Source: Dicyema japonicum
Taxonomy: Eukaryota > Animalia > Dicyemida
Length of the DNA stretch: 64,000 bases
Direction: 5' to 3'
Assembly (NCBI GenBank): GCA_011109175.1
Contig: RDEW01000039.1
Span: 62,001-126,000, forward strand
The notes below the pieces were generated by a model. It was not told the DNA's origin and did not search any database. It saw nothing but the letters and a program-made list of their open reading frames with translations. Positions 11,858 through 22,778 of the stretch are shown here, one piece after another. Each line of letters starts with the position of its first letter. The first letter of the stretch is position 1. A program made the position numbers and the translations under genes.

Positions 11858-12330
11858 CCCAGTGGTCCCCAACTGGTAGGCCGCGTACCGGTTATAGTCC
11901 GTAAACCAATCTGGTATCGGGCTGTTGTTGGTACGATGTTACATGTAAGTTGCAAGTAAACAATCTACCCCGGGCCGCTGAAATTGTCGAACGCTTAGCG
12001 GTTCGCGGCAATAAAATTTGGAAACCACTGCTGAACAAATACTTGCACATGTGGCTGTAAAAATTTTTGCAAACATTTGATGGAATTTCTTAAAGTTTTC
12101 GGTCTCACAAATCGATTTTTCAGTATTCTTGCAATTATCACACTTGAAGTATTTTTCCAAAAATTAGTTGCGGTGATCTCATTAAACAATTCACTTCCAT
12201 TTCATCAATAAAAATTAACCATTGATATTCTGTTTCAATAATCTAGGCGTATCTAAGTCGTTCAGACATTTTAACTACAGAATTTCCGGCTACAGGTACA
12301 AGATGGGTTCTTTATGAAAACAGATCGCAA
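11858..12330 (-). mobile_element. Decayed hAT transposase C-terminus and terminus
   Basis: LFNEITATNFWKNTSS...MFAKIFTATCAS; end cagtggtccccaac at 11859. Confidence 0.5.
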
Positions 12331-12499
12331 AAAAGATCGAATATTGTTTACAAGAATTAATTGAATTATTCCAAAGACCAAAGATAAAACCAAACAAATT
12401 CCTTGATACAATGACGCTACAAAAAAATCTTTGCGGCCTAAATTCATTGTATAAATTTGTAGCCATTAATGTATTATTTCAGCATTATAAATAAACAAG

Positions 12500-12750
12500 T
12501 CATCGTTTCATGTGAGTTCCGCAGGGAGCACGGCTGAAAAATTTGAAAAAGAAAAAGTACCACAGCATCGTTGCCAATCATTTTCGAACCGATCACTGTT
12601 GAGACGTCTGCCGTTATCAGGCCCGAGCACGTCAAAGCTTATCAGGTTAATCGGTCGGCTTACAAGGAAGCAGTAGGGTAAACCTAGAATGACGCGATGG
12701 CTTTCCAGAATATTGGGCTCGCGATAATGAGAGGTAATACCCATAATTAT
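12500..12750 (+). mobile_element. CRE-clade retrotransposon C-terminal fragment
   Basis: AGSTAEKFEKEK...EPITVETSAV...FQNIGLAIMRGN, as in the other CRE fragments. Confidence 0.65.
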
Positions 12751-12753
12751 ATG

Positions 12754-13002
12754 AAGTGCATCCAGTTTCCACTTCTACAGAAACAGAATCCATCCGGAAT
12801 CAGTATAAAGGGTAAAAGACGTCCATAGTTGCAGTTGTAGAAACCCCTCCAATGGAGTGGGGGAAAGCAAATGATCCTTTTTCGTGCCGGCCTGGCACTG
12901 GGCGCCAGCCAGACAGGTGGATCACATGACGCCACTCTGATAAAAAAAGAGAGGAGGGACAGACAAGCAAAACAAAAACTTCAACCAATTAGCCACGAAG
13001 CA
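12754..13002 (-). mobile_element. SINE family B (tRNA-like head, LINE-derived leader, LINE-like tail)
   Basis: Closely homologous end to end with 45430-45810; A-box-like gtggctaattgg; middle homologous to the LINE 5' end at 15595-15673. Confidence 0.7.
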
Positions 13003-14269
13003 TCACATGGCGCCACGCGGCATTTATAATTGTTTTTCTTATATATGTTCATTTTTAATTAATTAGTTTTAAAATTTTTAACATTATATTTTTAAAATTT
13101 GTTATACAATATGGCGAACCAATAAATACATTTGCATATAATCTGGCATGCATTTTCCACGTTCTTGTGGTTGGCTGTTTGTGTTTATTTTATTGTATTT
13201 TTCTGTTGTATACATTATATTATGGATTCATCAAATAGTGTTGAAGGCTGTTTTCAAAATGTCTAATATATATTTTATATTTTGTTAACCAATAAATATG
13301 GATTATTTTTCACTATTTGATTTGTCCCTATTTATATTCTCGTGGCTATATTTATTTTCAATTTGTTTGTATTCCTAATTTTTATGCGTCTGCATCATGT
13401 CAAGAATATTTGTAGTAATCCAATAATACATAATTTCGAAGAGAAAAATAACATTTGATCAGTCATCTTGAATATTTGGTGAGTTCTAGTGACTAAATTT
13501 GTATATCACATTGTCAATTTCTTGGATCCGGTCTGCTACCAGCACAATATTTATGCATGCATCTTTTCTCTATCCTCCAATTACCGTAATTAATTTTCTA
13601 TCGACTTTAATTGTTTTAATTCATTGTCTTTAACTTTGATGGGATATTCAATTTCCATAAAAATGTAAATGGTATTTTCTTTGTGGTTCTATGGATCGTA
13701 TTATGTTGCGTTCAGCACGGGCTACCCATCTAGTGCTGGTTAAATTCCACCTGTCAATTGATCTTTTTTCGTCTGTTTCTTGTCGGATAAGTTTTCTTTC
13801 TTCAATTTCTTGTTTACTGCTTCCGGTGTTTTTCATTTTCTTGCCGAACATTTATTGCTTGTATAGATTCATGACTTTTTTTCTGCATTCGATTTTGTTC
13901 ATCTCGTTTCTTCGTAATTTTTTTTTCAAACTATTCAGAATCTTCAGCCCCAAATTGGCTTGGATTGAGTTTTGAATTCTTTATTTTTTCGACTGTTTAT
14001 CTCTGTCGAGACTCACTAGACCCATTCAGACACGTTATATTTTTTTTAATTATAGTTATTATATATAATTTTATTAATATTTGTCGTTTTCTAATGAGTT
14101 ATTATTAAAATTAATTTTTGCAATCTGTTATAGAGCGTTACACCTATTGACTGTCACATTTGAAAATACAGTGGATTTTTATTTAACGAAAATTTGAAAT
14201 AATTTTATGGCATTTCGTAATTTACCCATAATTGGTATATTTGAAGGTGAATTTTATAGAATAGACTTT

Positions 14270-14420
14270 TCCATAGTCTCAATTTCACATCGACGGTGGC
14301 GTGGCGCCACACCGGCATTTGTGAGTTCGGCAAATTTCCAGTCCAATTCTGGTGGAGATGCCGATGCGGACAGTATCATCGTCAAGATGGGTCCGTCTGT
14401 CACGTCTGTGTTAGTTTGAT
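14270..14420 (-). mobile_element. CRE-clade fragment (zinc-knuckle region)
   Basis: [28 protein letters not shown]. Confidence 0.6.
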
Positions 14421-14519
14421 TGGTTCAGAAGACTCTCATATTTATCTTCGCAGATCCCATATTTTACGAGAGAATCCCATATTTTACGAATTCTTCAGAG
14501 ACAAGTAGATTGGGTAATT

Positions 14520-15675
14520 GTCCTGGGCAAGGAGGAATTCGGTGGTCGTTGGGGGGACTTGGATGTCGCTCAACAAGTGATGCCTAGGACTGTTCAGACG
14601 GCTCAATTATACGGTGTCTGCAAGGATCCTCACGGCAGCACGGACTCCACCTTCCGAAAGTTTTTGACGGATTGCAATTCTTAATCTTTGAGTGTCCAAG
14701 ATAGTCGATGTTGGTTTCTCATAATTTTGGATTTGCAAATGAGCTTTTTGGAGTATGCCAATAGGTTTTTGAGGAAAATGTGTGGACTAATGACGTAAGT
14801 GATTTCTCTTCTATCCTCTCCTATGGTGTATGCATAGTGTGAATGGAGCGAAGCAAAATAATCGTACCAATCTCAGAGTCGTCCTAAGAGACTGCCCTTT
14901 CAATACGCTCATATAGGCAGTCCGCGACGGATATACGGGCAGCTTTGGGGATCCTGATCAGGAGTCTTCGTGTGTGTGTCAGATTTAGATTAATTCAAGT
15001 ATTTCCTGATGGTCTAGTGCAGTGGTTCCCAACCTGGGTTCCAGGGAACCCCAGGGTTCCGTGCAGGGTGCTTTGCATTAAAATCTCCACAAAGTATTAG
15101 GTTTTCTATGTTGTTTAGTCTGGATAAGTCCAACAAGAATCCTTTTGGGCAAGAGGACGGAGGAGGGACATATATGTTAGCAATTTTGAGAGTACTCGAT
15201 CCGTTTGATATTGAAATTCCGGAGATTTCCGTGGTCCCTCCGTTAGTTAGCGACTTAAGTTCAGTGGATATGTCAGAATAACGAAGGTTGTTTCTGATGA
15301 TGGTAAGAAGGCCTCCACCGAGGCGGTTCGGGCGATCTAGGCGGATGCAGTCGAAACCTGGAAAATGAGGAGTAGTCGCGGACTGAGTCAACTTGCTTTC
15401 TTGAAGCAGGATCACGTCAATGTTTTGGCTGTTTGTGAAGGATCGTAATTCGAGAATTTTGCTTATTCCGTTGATGTTAATCTGCAGAATTGAAAGTTGG
15501 GGACCTGGGTTGAGCACGATGTCGCCAGAGAGTAGTAGAACGATCCCATTGAGAGTTGATGGGAGAAGAGTTGAAGGAACCAACTTCGGATGGGGGTGAG
15601 CAAATGGTCCTTTTCCTAGGTGCACCCTGAGCGCCTCCAGAAAAGTTATGATTGGTAGACCACATGACGCCACGT
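14520..15675 (-). mobile_element. 5' half of an Ingi/Vingi-like LINE: structured leader, 2A-like peptide and APE endonuclease, with a hAT end fragment at 15020-15062
   Basis: LLLSGDIVLNPGP then ILQININGI, ILLQESKL, IANIYVPP, ILCGDFNAKHP; insert starts cagtggttcccaacctggg. Confidence 0.85.
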
Positions 15676-15699
15676 TTAATAATTTAACACGTCAGATGC

Positions 15700-16545
15700 A
15701 ACAGTACCGTGCAGCCCGATTATATGGCTATAAAACAAAATATAGCCAATAGTTTTTTAATTTTAACTATTTTTAATAGTATTTGTAAATCTTGTTGTCA
15801 ATGTAAACCATGTGTTTGTTATGTAACTAAAAAACGGTGTTTGAAAGATGAAAAGAGAGTGTTTCAAAAAATGGGAACTTGTCCATTTTTTGTACAACGA
15901 TTGATAGAAAATACATTGTTTGATATGTAACTAGTTCATCGCTATGCCGAAAGAATACAACTAAGAAAGGCATTACCATTCAATCATAGATCACACGATT
16001 ATTTCGAAGGTACTAAGTTGTTTATTAACCAATAAGGTCCAATGCGTGTTTCAAAACTAAATGAATTATGAAATAATGTGACTTCGTCACAGGTTCATTT
16101 CACAAAAATTCACAATCGAAGTACTGCATCAGTTACTGCAAGCTATGAAATCAGCAGAATGCTTGCAATGAATGGGAAATCATATTGTGATGGTGATTTC
16201 ATCAAGCAATGTCTCGTGAAAACAGCCAAAATTATTTGCCCAGACAAAAACTGTTCAAAGAAAAGACTCATTGATGAAAATTTATCGGCTTTAATAAAAG
16301 TCGGGACTACACGAATAGTTGAGCCCGACATATCAAAAATTGTATCCGAAAAAAGATGTCAATCCTTTGTAAGTTGCTCTAAGCACGATTAGAAGATGGT
16401 GATTAAATATTTAGTTTTCCCTTATTTTTGGTTTTTCACTAAAATAAATAATTTTTCCTTGAAGAAAAATTATTATAAATGCGGCAATCAAAGGGAAATT
16501 ATTATAAAATGCGGCCCTCGAAGCTAAATGAGTTTGACACCACTG
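15700..16545 (+). mobile_element. Internally deleted hAT element (SPIN/GTF2IRD2-like)
   Basis: KDEKRVFQK; ASYEISRMLAMNGKSYCDGDFIKQCLVKTAKIICPDK; right end gagtttgacaccactg. Confidence 0.75.
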
Positions 16546-16629
16546 TGCAAGAGTATCTTGATGAAGCAAAATGCGAATTGGATGATAAAGTACTTCAGGA
16601 CATCAAAGATCAATTAATAATTTTAGATG

Positions 16630-17757
16630 ATAACATTTAGCAAGCCAAAGCATCGTAGATGCGTGGAACCTTCAGCCGGAATGTACAGTATCGAAACTCG
16701 AACTAGGGGCTATGGTACTGGTGCATTATAGTACCCTCTAAGCAATTTTTCTTATAAGTGCTAGATTTATAATTTTTTAGCTCTGATAAATTTTTTTGAC
16801 TGCTAGAAACAACTTGCTCTACTTATTACTCTAAATCACTGTGAGACTGGCTTTGCAAGAGACCAAAAAAGGAGACCTTGACACACGGGTCGTCATTAGG
16901 TGAATTTTCCTTCTTCCCCTCATTGGCTCTCATCGATTTCTACAGCTGTTTCATGTCCTTCAATTTATCTGTTGAGTTTAAGAAATCAGATATCTTTTCG
17001 CGTACGAAGTTTGACTAGTTTATAACTGTGTGGTTACTCTTGATCTCCGCGATGTCAATTTTTTCCTTTACTGTTTTGCCTTCAAAATACAAAAACACTA
17101 GTTTCATCCAAACAGTAATATCTAGTTTACTAGTTTTTCCACCATTCTCGTATTGATATGAAAAAAGTCTTATTAAAAAGTCCTGTTTCATTCCTGCATC
17201 AACACCTGAAGTACTTTGTCTTTCCTTGTCTATTTTTTTATCCATATTTGTGAATTCCCTTCACATTTCACACATTTTTTGATGCAAGATCTGGTAATAA
17301 CCCCCACTCATCTAGCATTCCAGTGTATTACAGCCTTATCCAAGGTAAACATAAAAATTTTCAGATAACATTATAGATAATAATTTTAAAATTTTTATGG
17401 GGGTTCTATAATTGCTTAGGGAGTACTACACTGCATCAGTAACCATAGTTTTTTGTCTCTTACAACTCCAATCACTTTTGTAGACAAAATTAAAAATTTC
17501 ATTTTCCCCCAAAAATGGGGAGGGGGACGATGTCAAGGTCTCCCATTTTTGTCCCTTGCAACTCCAGTCTCATGGCGATTGCTTAGGTGGTACTATAACT
17601 GGCCAGTTGTTTCTAGCACTTAAACAAGTCTATTAGCGTTAAGAAATTATTAAATTTAGCAAAATAAGAAAAATTACTTAGGGGGTACTATAATGCACCA
17701 GTACCGGGGCCATGAAGTGTTTTGCCCGGCATTCGTTGTACTGCGCCACCCGGCCAT
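16630..17757 (-). mobile_element. SINE family A copy split by the Merlin element
   Basis: A-box head ggtggcgcagt at about 17740-17752; B-box gttcgag and core tgaaggttccacgcatctacgatgc at 16640-16705. Confidence 0.7.
16714..17705 (-). mobile_element. Merlin (IS1016/IS1595-like) DNA transposon, defective
   Basis: TIRs of about 100 bp starting GGTACTGGTGCATTATAGTACCC; 8-bp TSD ggggctat/ggggccat; GHETAVEIDES at about 16925-16955. Confidence 0.75.
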
Positions 17758-18049
17758 AAAGTATCTTAACGTTGGTCATTTAATCAGTCCCAGTAGCATA
17801 AACTTTCGTAAGGAATTTAGTGGTATACCGAATAAGTTTTTAAAGGTATTCTGAAGTATTTGTGTTTTATTGGAGTTAATAATCCTGTCCCCAAATAGAT
17901 ATTAATTTACGGAAAACATGACATAATATTGTCTCCATACGTAATAATTCGATGTCGTATGTAGGTCAAGAGCTTTGATTATTTTTAAGTTTTCCAGAAA
18001 CCATTTTTAGAAGTAAACTTTTCTAAATGTTTTGTTTCCGTCAAATATT

Positions 18050-18365
18050 GTCTCAGGACATAGTGGTTAGGTGTCGGCCAAAGTGGCTTAGGTTACGTTC
18101 GATTCTCGCTGCTGTTCACCTGGTGAAGGTTCCACGCATCTACGATGCTAAAAGGGCTTGACGAGTGACGGCGTCATTAGTGGACATTCACTGCGGAACT
18201 GGATAGTCTAAAAAGGACCCACAACAAGAAAAAATAAAAAAGAAATGAAGATCATTCCTTGGTTCTACGATTAGTTAAAATTAACTGTTTTTTACTTAAA
18301 ATAAAGTGTCCTGCCTATGCGGAGCTATAAATATTATGGTCTCGTGAAAAGGCTGTTATTATTAT
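18050..18365 (+). mobile_element. tRNA-derived SINE family A
   Basis: A-box tagtggttagg, B-box gttcgattc (18097), shared core, and a 3' tail shared with the LINE end at 33290-33370. Confidence 0.75.
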
Positions 18366-18449
18366 TATTGTCTTAGGAATCTCTTAGTGAAGCATCCACT
18401 GATACAAATGAAGTATTTCATTTGACAGAATGTCGAAATCATAATTACG

Positions 18450-19130
18450 TAATCGCTGACAGTTGTCGAACCTTCATATGACGTATATTTAGGAGAGAGT
18501 GCCTGTCTTTGGCCCGACACAATCTTATTTTATATAGGAACCGGTTCCTGTCGGAATTCCTTTGCTCTTTCTTTCTGGTAGTTTTATGTTAAGCAGGATG
18601 CATAAATGCAATATTACACAGAAAAGTTTTTCACCACACAGAACTAACTGAATAATGCATCAGGGATGTTTCTTTTTCTACACCCACGTTTTTCCATCAT
18701 TTGAGTTATTTTAACCCCAATTTTTGCATTTAGGACTCCTCTGTAAATACCAGTAAGGACGATTCGTATTCATTGTGTTTTCGATAACTGGGCTAAAAGT
18801 CGTAAAATTCAATACAATCCTCTCAGTGTGCTGCAAAATATTTATAATAGTTATTTGAGTTTCAGTGGGACGGTGGTTGTTAAACGTATTTAGGTGACGC
18901 CAATCATGTCACTCGTATCCAAATAGCCGTGTATTCCAATAGCCAATTTGAATGAACAGCAAATCCGTGCCATATGCTTTAAAGCACTTGGTAGACATAT
19001 TCGGTACGTTTACTGTACGCTATCTTCGTCTCTTGCACACGGAGACATTATATCTCTAAGTGTCTTTTTGGCCCAGATCTTTGATACATCTCTATGATTA
19101 AAAGTGAGGAGATTTAGAGGAGAAAAATCT
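18450..19130 (-). mobile_element. Decayed RTE-type APE endonuclease region
   Basis: CVQETK-like, LNAKIG and LFSxFCV motifs with many stops. Confidence 0.4.
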
Positions 19131-19149
19131 TCTTGTATCTTCCGCTTTG

Positions 19150-19435
19150 TAGACGGGATGGCGCAGCGTCATAAGTGCCGGACGAAATCATGATAGTTCC
19201 GGGATCGATTCTCCTTACTGTACATTCCGACTGAAGGTTCCACGCATCTACGATTCCTCGGTTTGACGATTGACTCCGTCATCAGTGAATATCTCACTGC
19301 GGAACCGTATTGTCCACGAGGACTCATGCAACAATAAGAAAAAGACGTTAAGTACATTCCTTGGTTCCCTTTCTACGTGTCTGTCCTCTGCTGAGTGCTG
19401 TGTGTATTATGGCTCTCCCGAAAAGTACTGTGTAT
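19150..19435 (+). mobile_element. tRNA-derived SINE family A
   Basis: A-box tggcgcagcg, B-box gatcgattc, core ctgaaggttccacgcatctacg, tail stem-loop at 19393-19417. Confidence 0.75.
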
Positions 19436-21089
19436 TTTTTGCAGATTTTTTCCTTAATTGTTAGCCAATCAAGAAACTAGTCACGTGATTTTTCTAGGTA
19501 TATTCGGGGTCAATGAATATATCTAGATCACGAAGGACACAATTGGTCCCCCATAACATTATGGGTGACTCATAATCTGTGAAGAATGCTTTTCACCCTT
19601 AAATGTCAAAGCAGAATTATCACATGCGGTTGTTCGTAGAAAACCAATAACATTCAATTTAGCATTTATTGAATTTTGTAGTCATATGCTCGCGAGTCTA
19701 TTATTAAGATTTATTAAAAAATTCTAGACTTAACAAAATCAACAGAGTTTATTGACACGTGCTCGAATAAATCATTGTTTTTCAAACAAGGGATTGACGA
19801 CTTCGTTGTCAGTCATCTATAATGTCAAACAGAGTGGATACATCTGCTTGGCCAGAAATCGTGTACATTTCTGTCGCAGTTTCTGTCTCCTTGACTTGCT
19901 CGACATCGTTTTTAAGTGTCTGTTGTTTTTTGGTTTCATTTTTCAAGTTAAATCTAAATTTAATTCGGAGTTGACCTGAAACATTTAAAAAAGTATAAAA
20001 GAATCAAAATCGTCAAAATTAAGGCCAGACCCAAAGTCCCCAGTAAAACTAAATAATGACTATCGAATCAGACTTAGAATATAATCTTCCATGATTTGGC
20101 TGAACGAACGAATCGACTGTTTTATATTTACAGATGTTACGATAATAATCAATTCAACGCAGATTTATTAATTTCAAGAGTTAATGGATTTCGAGAGCTG
20201 ACGTCTTTTAATGAGACACGATCTTAGTGGACATAACCAATACAAGAGATGGAAGAATACTTTTGAGTATCTCCGATTTAAAAAACGTGTTGATTGACAT
20301 TTCGGTCATGATATATGGAAGTAGTTAATATTATTGGTTACTGTCATATTACCATTGTGGTCTCAAAGTGGATCATCCTTTTACGCATGATTATGATTCG
20401 AAGTCTTTTTTGTTTGTTCAGTGGTTTCTTGGTTTTTCATGAATTCCTTACAGTCAGAGGAGGAGGGATATTGAAATCATTGAGTTTCTAGGATAATATG
20501 AGTTAATCATCTTTATTCACACGAAAAACAAAAAATTAGAGTTACGGAACCTAATCCATGCCCCCATGGTTATTCCTTCAGTAGTGTCCACGGAGGTCCT
20601 TTGAGCAGGGGGGAAGAGATTTCCTTAGTTAAACATAGTAAACATAAAGAAGTAAAAATTCTCAAAAAGTTCGATCAAAATAGTAAATCATTTACAAATG
20701 AATAATTTAGTGATTATCTAAAAATACAATAACTCATTTTAATCATTCAACGATTATCTAAAAATACATTACACCAAAATGACTTAACTTCAAGGTTAAT
20801 CAATTTTTCAATAAAAATTGATTCATTTATAAATGATTTACTATTTTGATCAAAATTTTAAGCATTTATCCATGAGAATTATTTAATTTTATAGACTCAA
20901 ATTTTCAATGAAATCGCAACTCAAAAAGATTACACTTCATTTTAGAATTGTCCCCGTAAGAATGATCAGTTTGGAAACCATGTTAGATCAATGTTGTAGT
21001 TTACTTTTTAGATTTTAGACTAAATTTACTTTTGAACGAAAATTTTGATGTTGAATTGATCCCTATGATTATCATCTCCTGTAATGCAA

Positions 21090-21340
21090 GTTGAGTTCTC
21101 GCCATTTTCCCCCGCATGCCTGTCTCAACATGACGTTTAAAAATTCGCTTTCCTCTACTGGTCACCATCGCCTTTTGGAGTCCATTGGTCTCTCACGGAG
21201 CGATGGTAAACGTTCAGATGGGATGACGACCTTCCCACTTGTGAATGGACAAATCTGGCTTGGGACGTTACATGCCTTGACATCTACACTCCGAAAATTT
21301 GACTGCTTCTGCCTCGGATCCAGGCTATGTTTCTAAGCAA
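21090..21340 (+). mobile_element. CRE-clade restriction-like endonuclease (REL) fragment
   Basis: GLSRSDGKRSDGMTTFP...AWDVTCLDIY, matching the RPDG...WDxT REL motif. Confidence 0.7.
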
Positions 21341-22778
21341 GTCGAGGATCATAAAAAGAAAATATCAAAGTATTTCGGAGGATCATTTGTTTGTCCTTTT
21401 CGGGGTTGAGAAGTTATTATCAATAAAACTAATTCTGCAACAAAATAAACTTTAGCTGTTCTAAGTGATCCACCTTTTTCGAATGTCACAGAGGAAGTCG
21501 ATTGGAGATTGCCATTGCTCCGCCTAAGAGATTTTGTTTCCAAATTCACAGTTCTTTGCAGTGCAATCAAAATAATCTACTATGACAGATAAATTGGCAC
21601 CGGACCTTGAGTTGATAACAAAGTCAAGCATCCATACATCGCAAGTCCAATAAAATACTGAAATCCATTAAAAAAGATCCATTAGCTTTCAAGGAATAAC
21701 ATTTACGAGAACTCGCCAAAGAGTGAGGGGGATAAACCAGCGACAAAAAAATTGATGACCCGCGTGATATTCTCACTGCTATTGGTTTCATTTCATATAC
21801 GAGTGGTGGCATCTGGAAGAAAAGAGCTACACTTTCCCTATCCTAATGGGATGGACCTAAAAAGAAGGCCTATGCTGACGTGAGATATAGAATATGCAAA
21901 CCCTGGACCAACCAGAATAGTTCAACTCAACATAAACGGAATCAAGAACAAGATAATTGAACTTCGGACGTATTTGAAAGAACGTCCAAGGCCAAATATT
22001 ACAGAGCTATGCAAGAGAACATCAGCCTCAACCATCTCACTAACTATCATTTTATTTTTTATATTAGCAAAATACTGATAATTGTTGAAAATATATAATG
22101 GTTCCGTATAAAATGAAAAATGTCGATAGGGTTCCCGTGCTCTCAGATAGTTGGGAACCATTGGTCTACAGTATACTCCACGCCTATTGAAATCTCGAAC
22201 TTGTGGCTACCAAAGTATGATTCCCCAGACTTTCAGTAATATTGGTCAACGCATATCTCCCGCCTTTGAGTTCCTGCTCTTCCTTTGCTCTCAGATTTAC
22301 TCCTCACTGAAGGATGTATTATCTGTGGTGACTTCAATGCGAAGCATCCATTGTGGTTGAAAGGTCAAGTCTATGACAAAAGGGGAAGATGCTAATTGAG
22401 GAAATTCATAGTCTCTGCATACTCAACGATCCGGCTTTCCATACAATAACACTTACTCGACGTAACGATAAACCCTCATCCATTGACATCTCACAGTCAT
22501 CTTCATCCCTGGCCCCTCTTATTGACTGATCCAGAAATATGACACCAGGAGTGACCACAATCCAATATTTTTGGAGGTCAAAACGAGGTCACGGATGAAA
22601 GGACAATTTCCGATGATAATTAATTACAGCTTGCGAACTGAAGAGGATTCAAGGTGTACGTCGATACTTGCATTGGACTCTTGAATTTTTCCACTCCTCT
22701 CTCCGTCGAACAATTAGTGAAATGGTTCAACACCACCATAAACACTGCGAGAAAGAAGTACATTCAATGCAGGCAACC

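Noticed and set aside
13300-14050. Possible Helitron N-terminal remnant (R/E/K-rich repeats on the minus strand)
   Set aside because: No Rep/helicase motif or terminal hairpin could be supported
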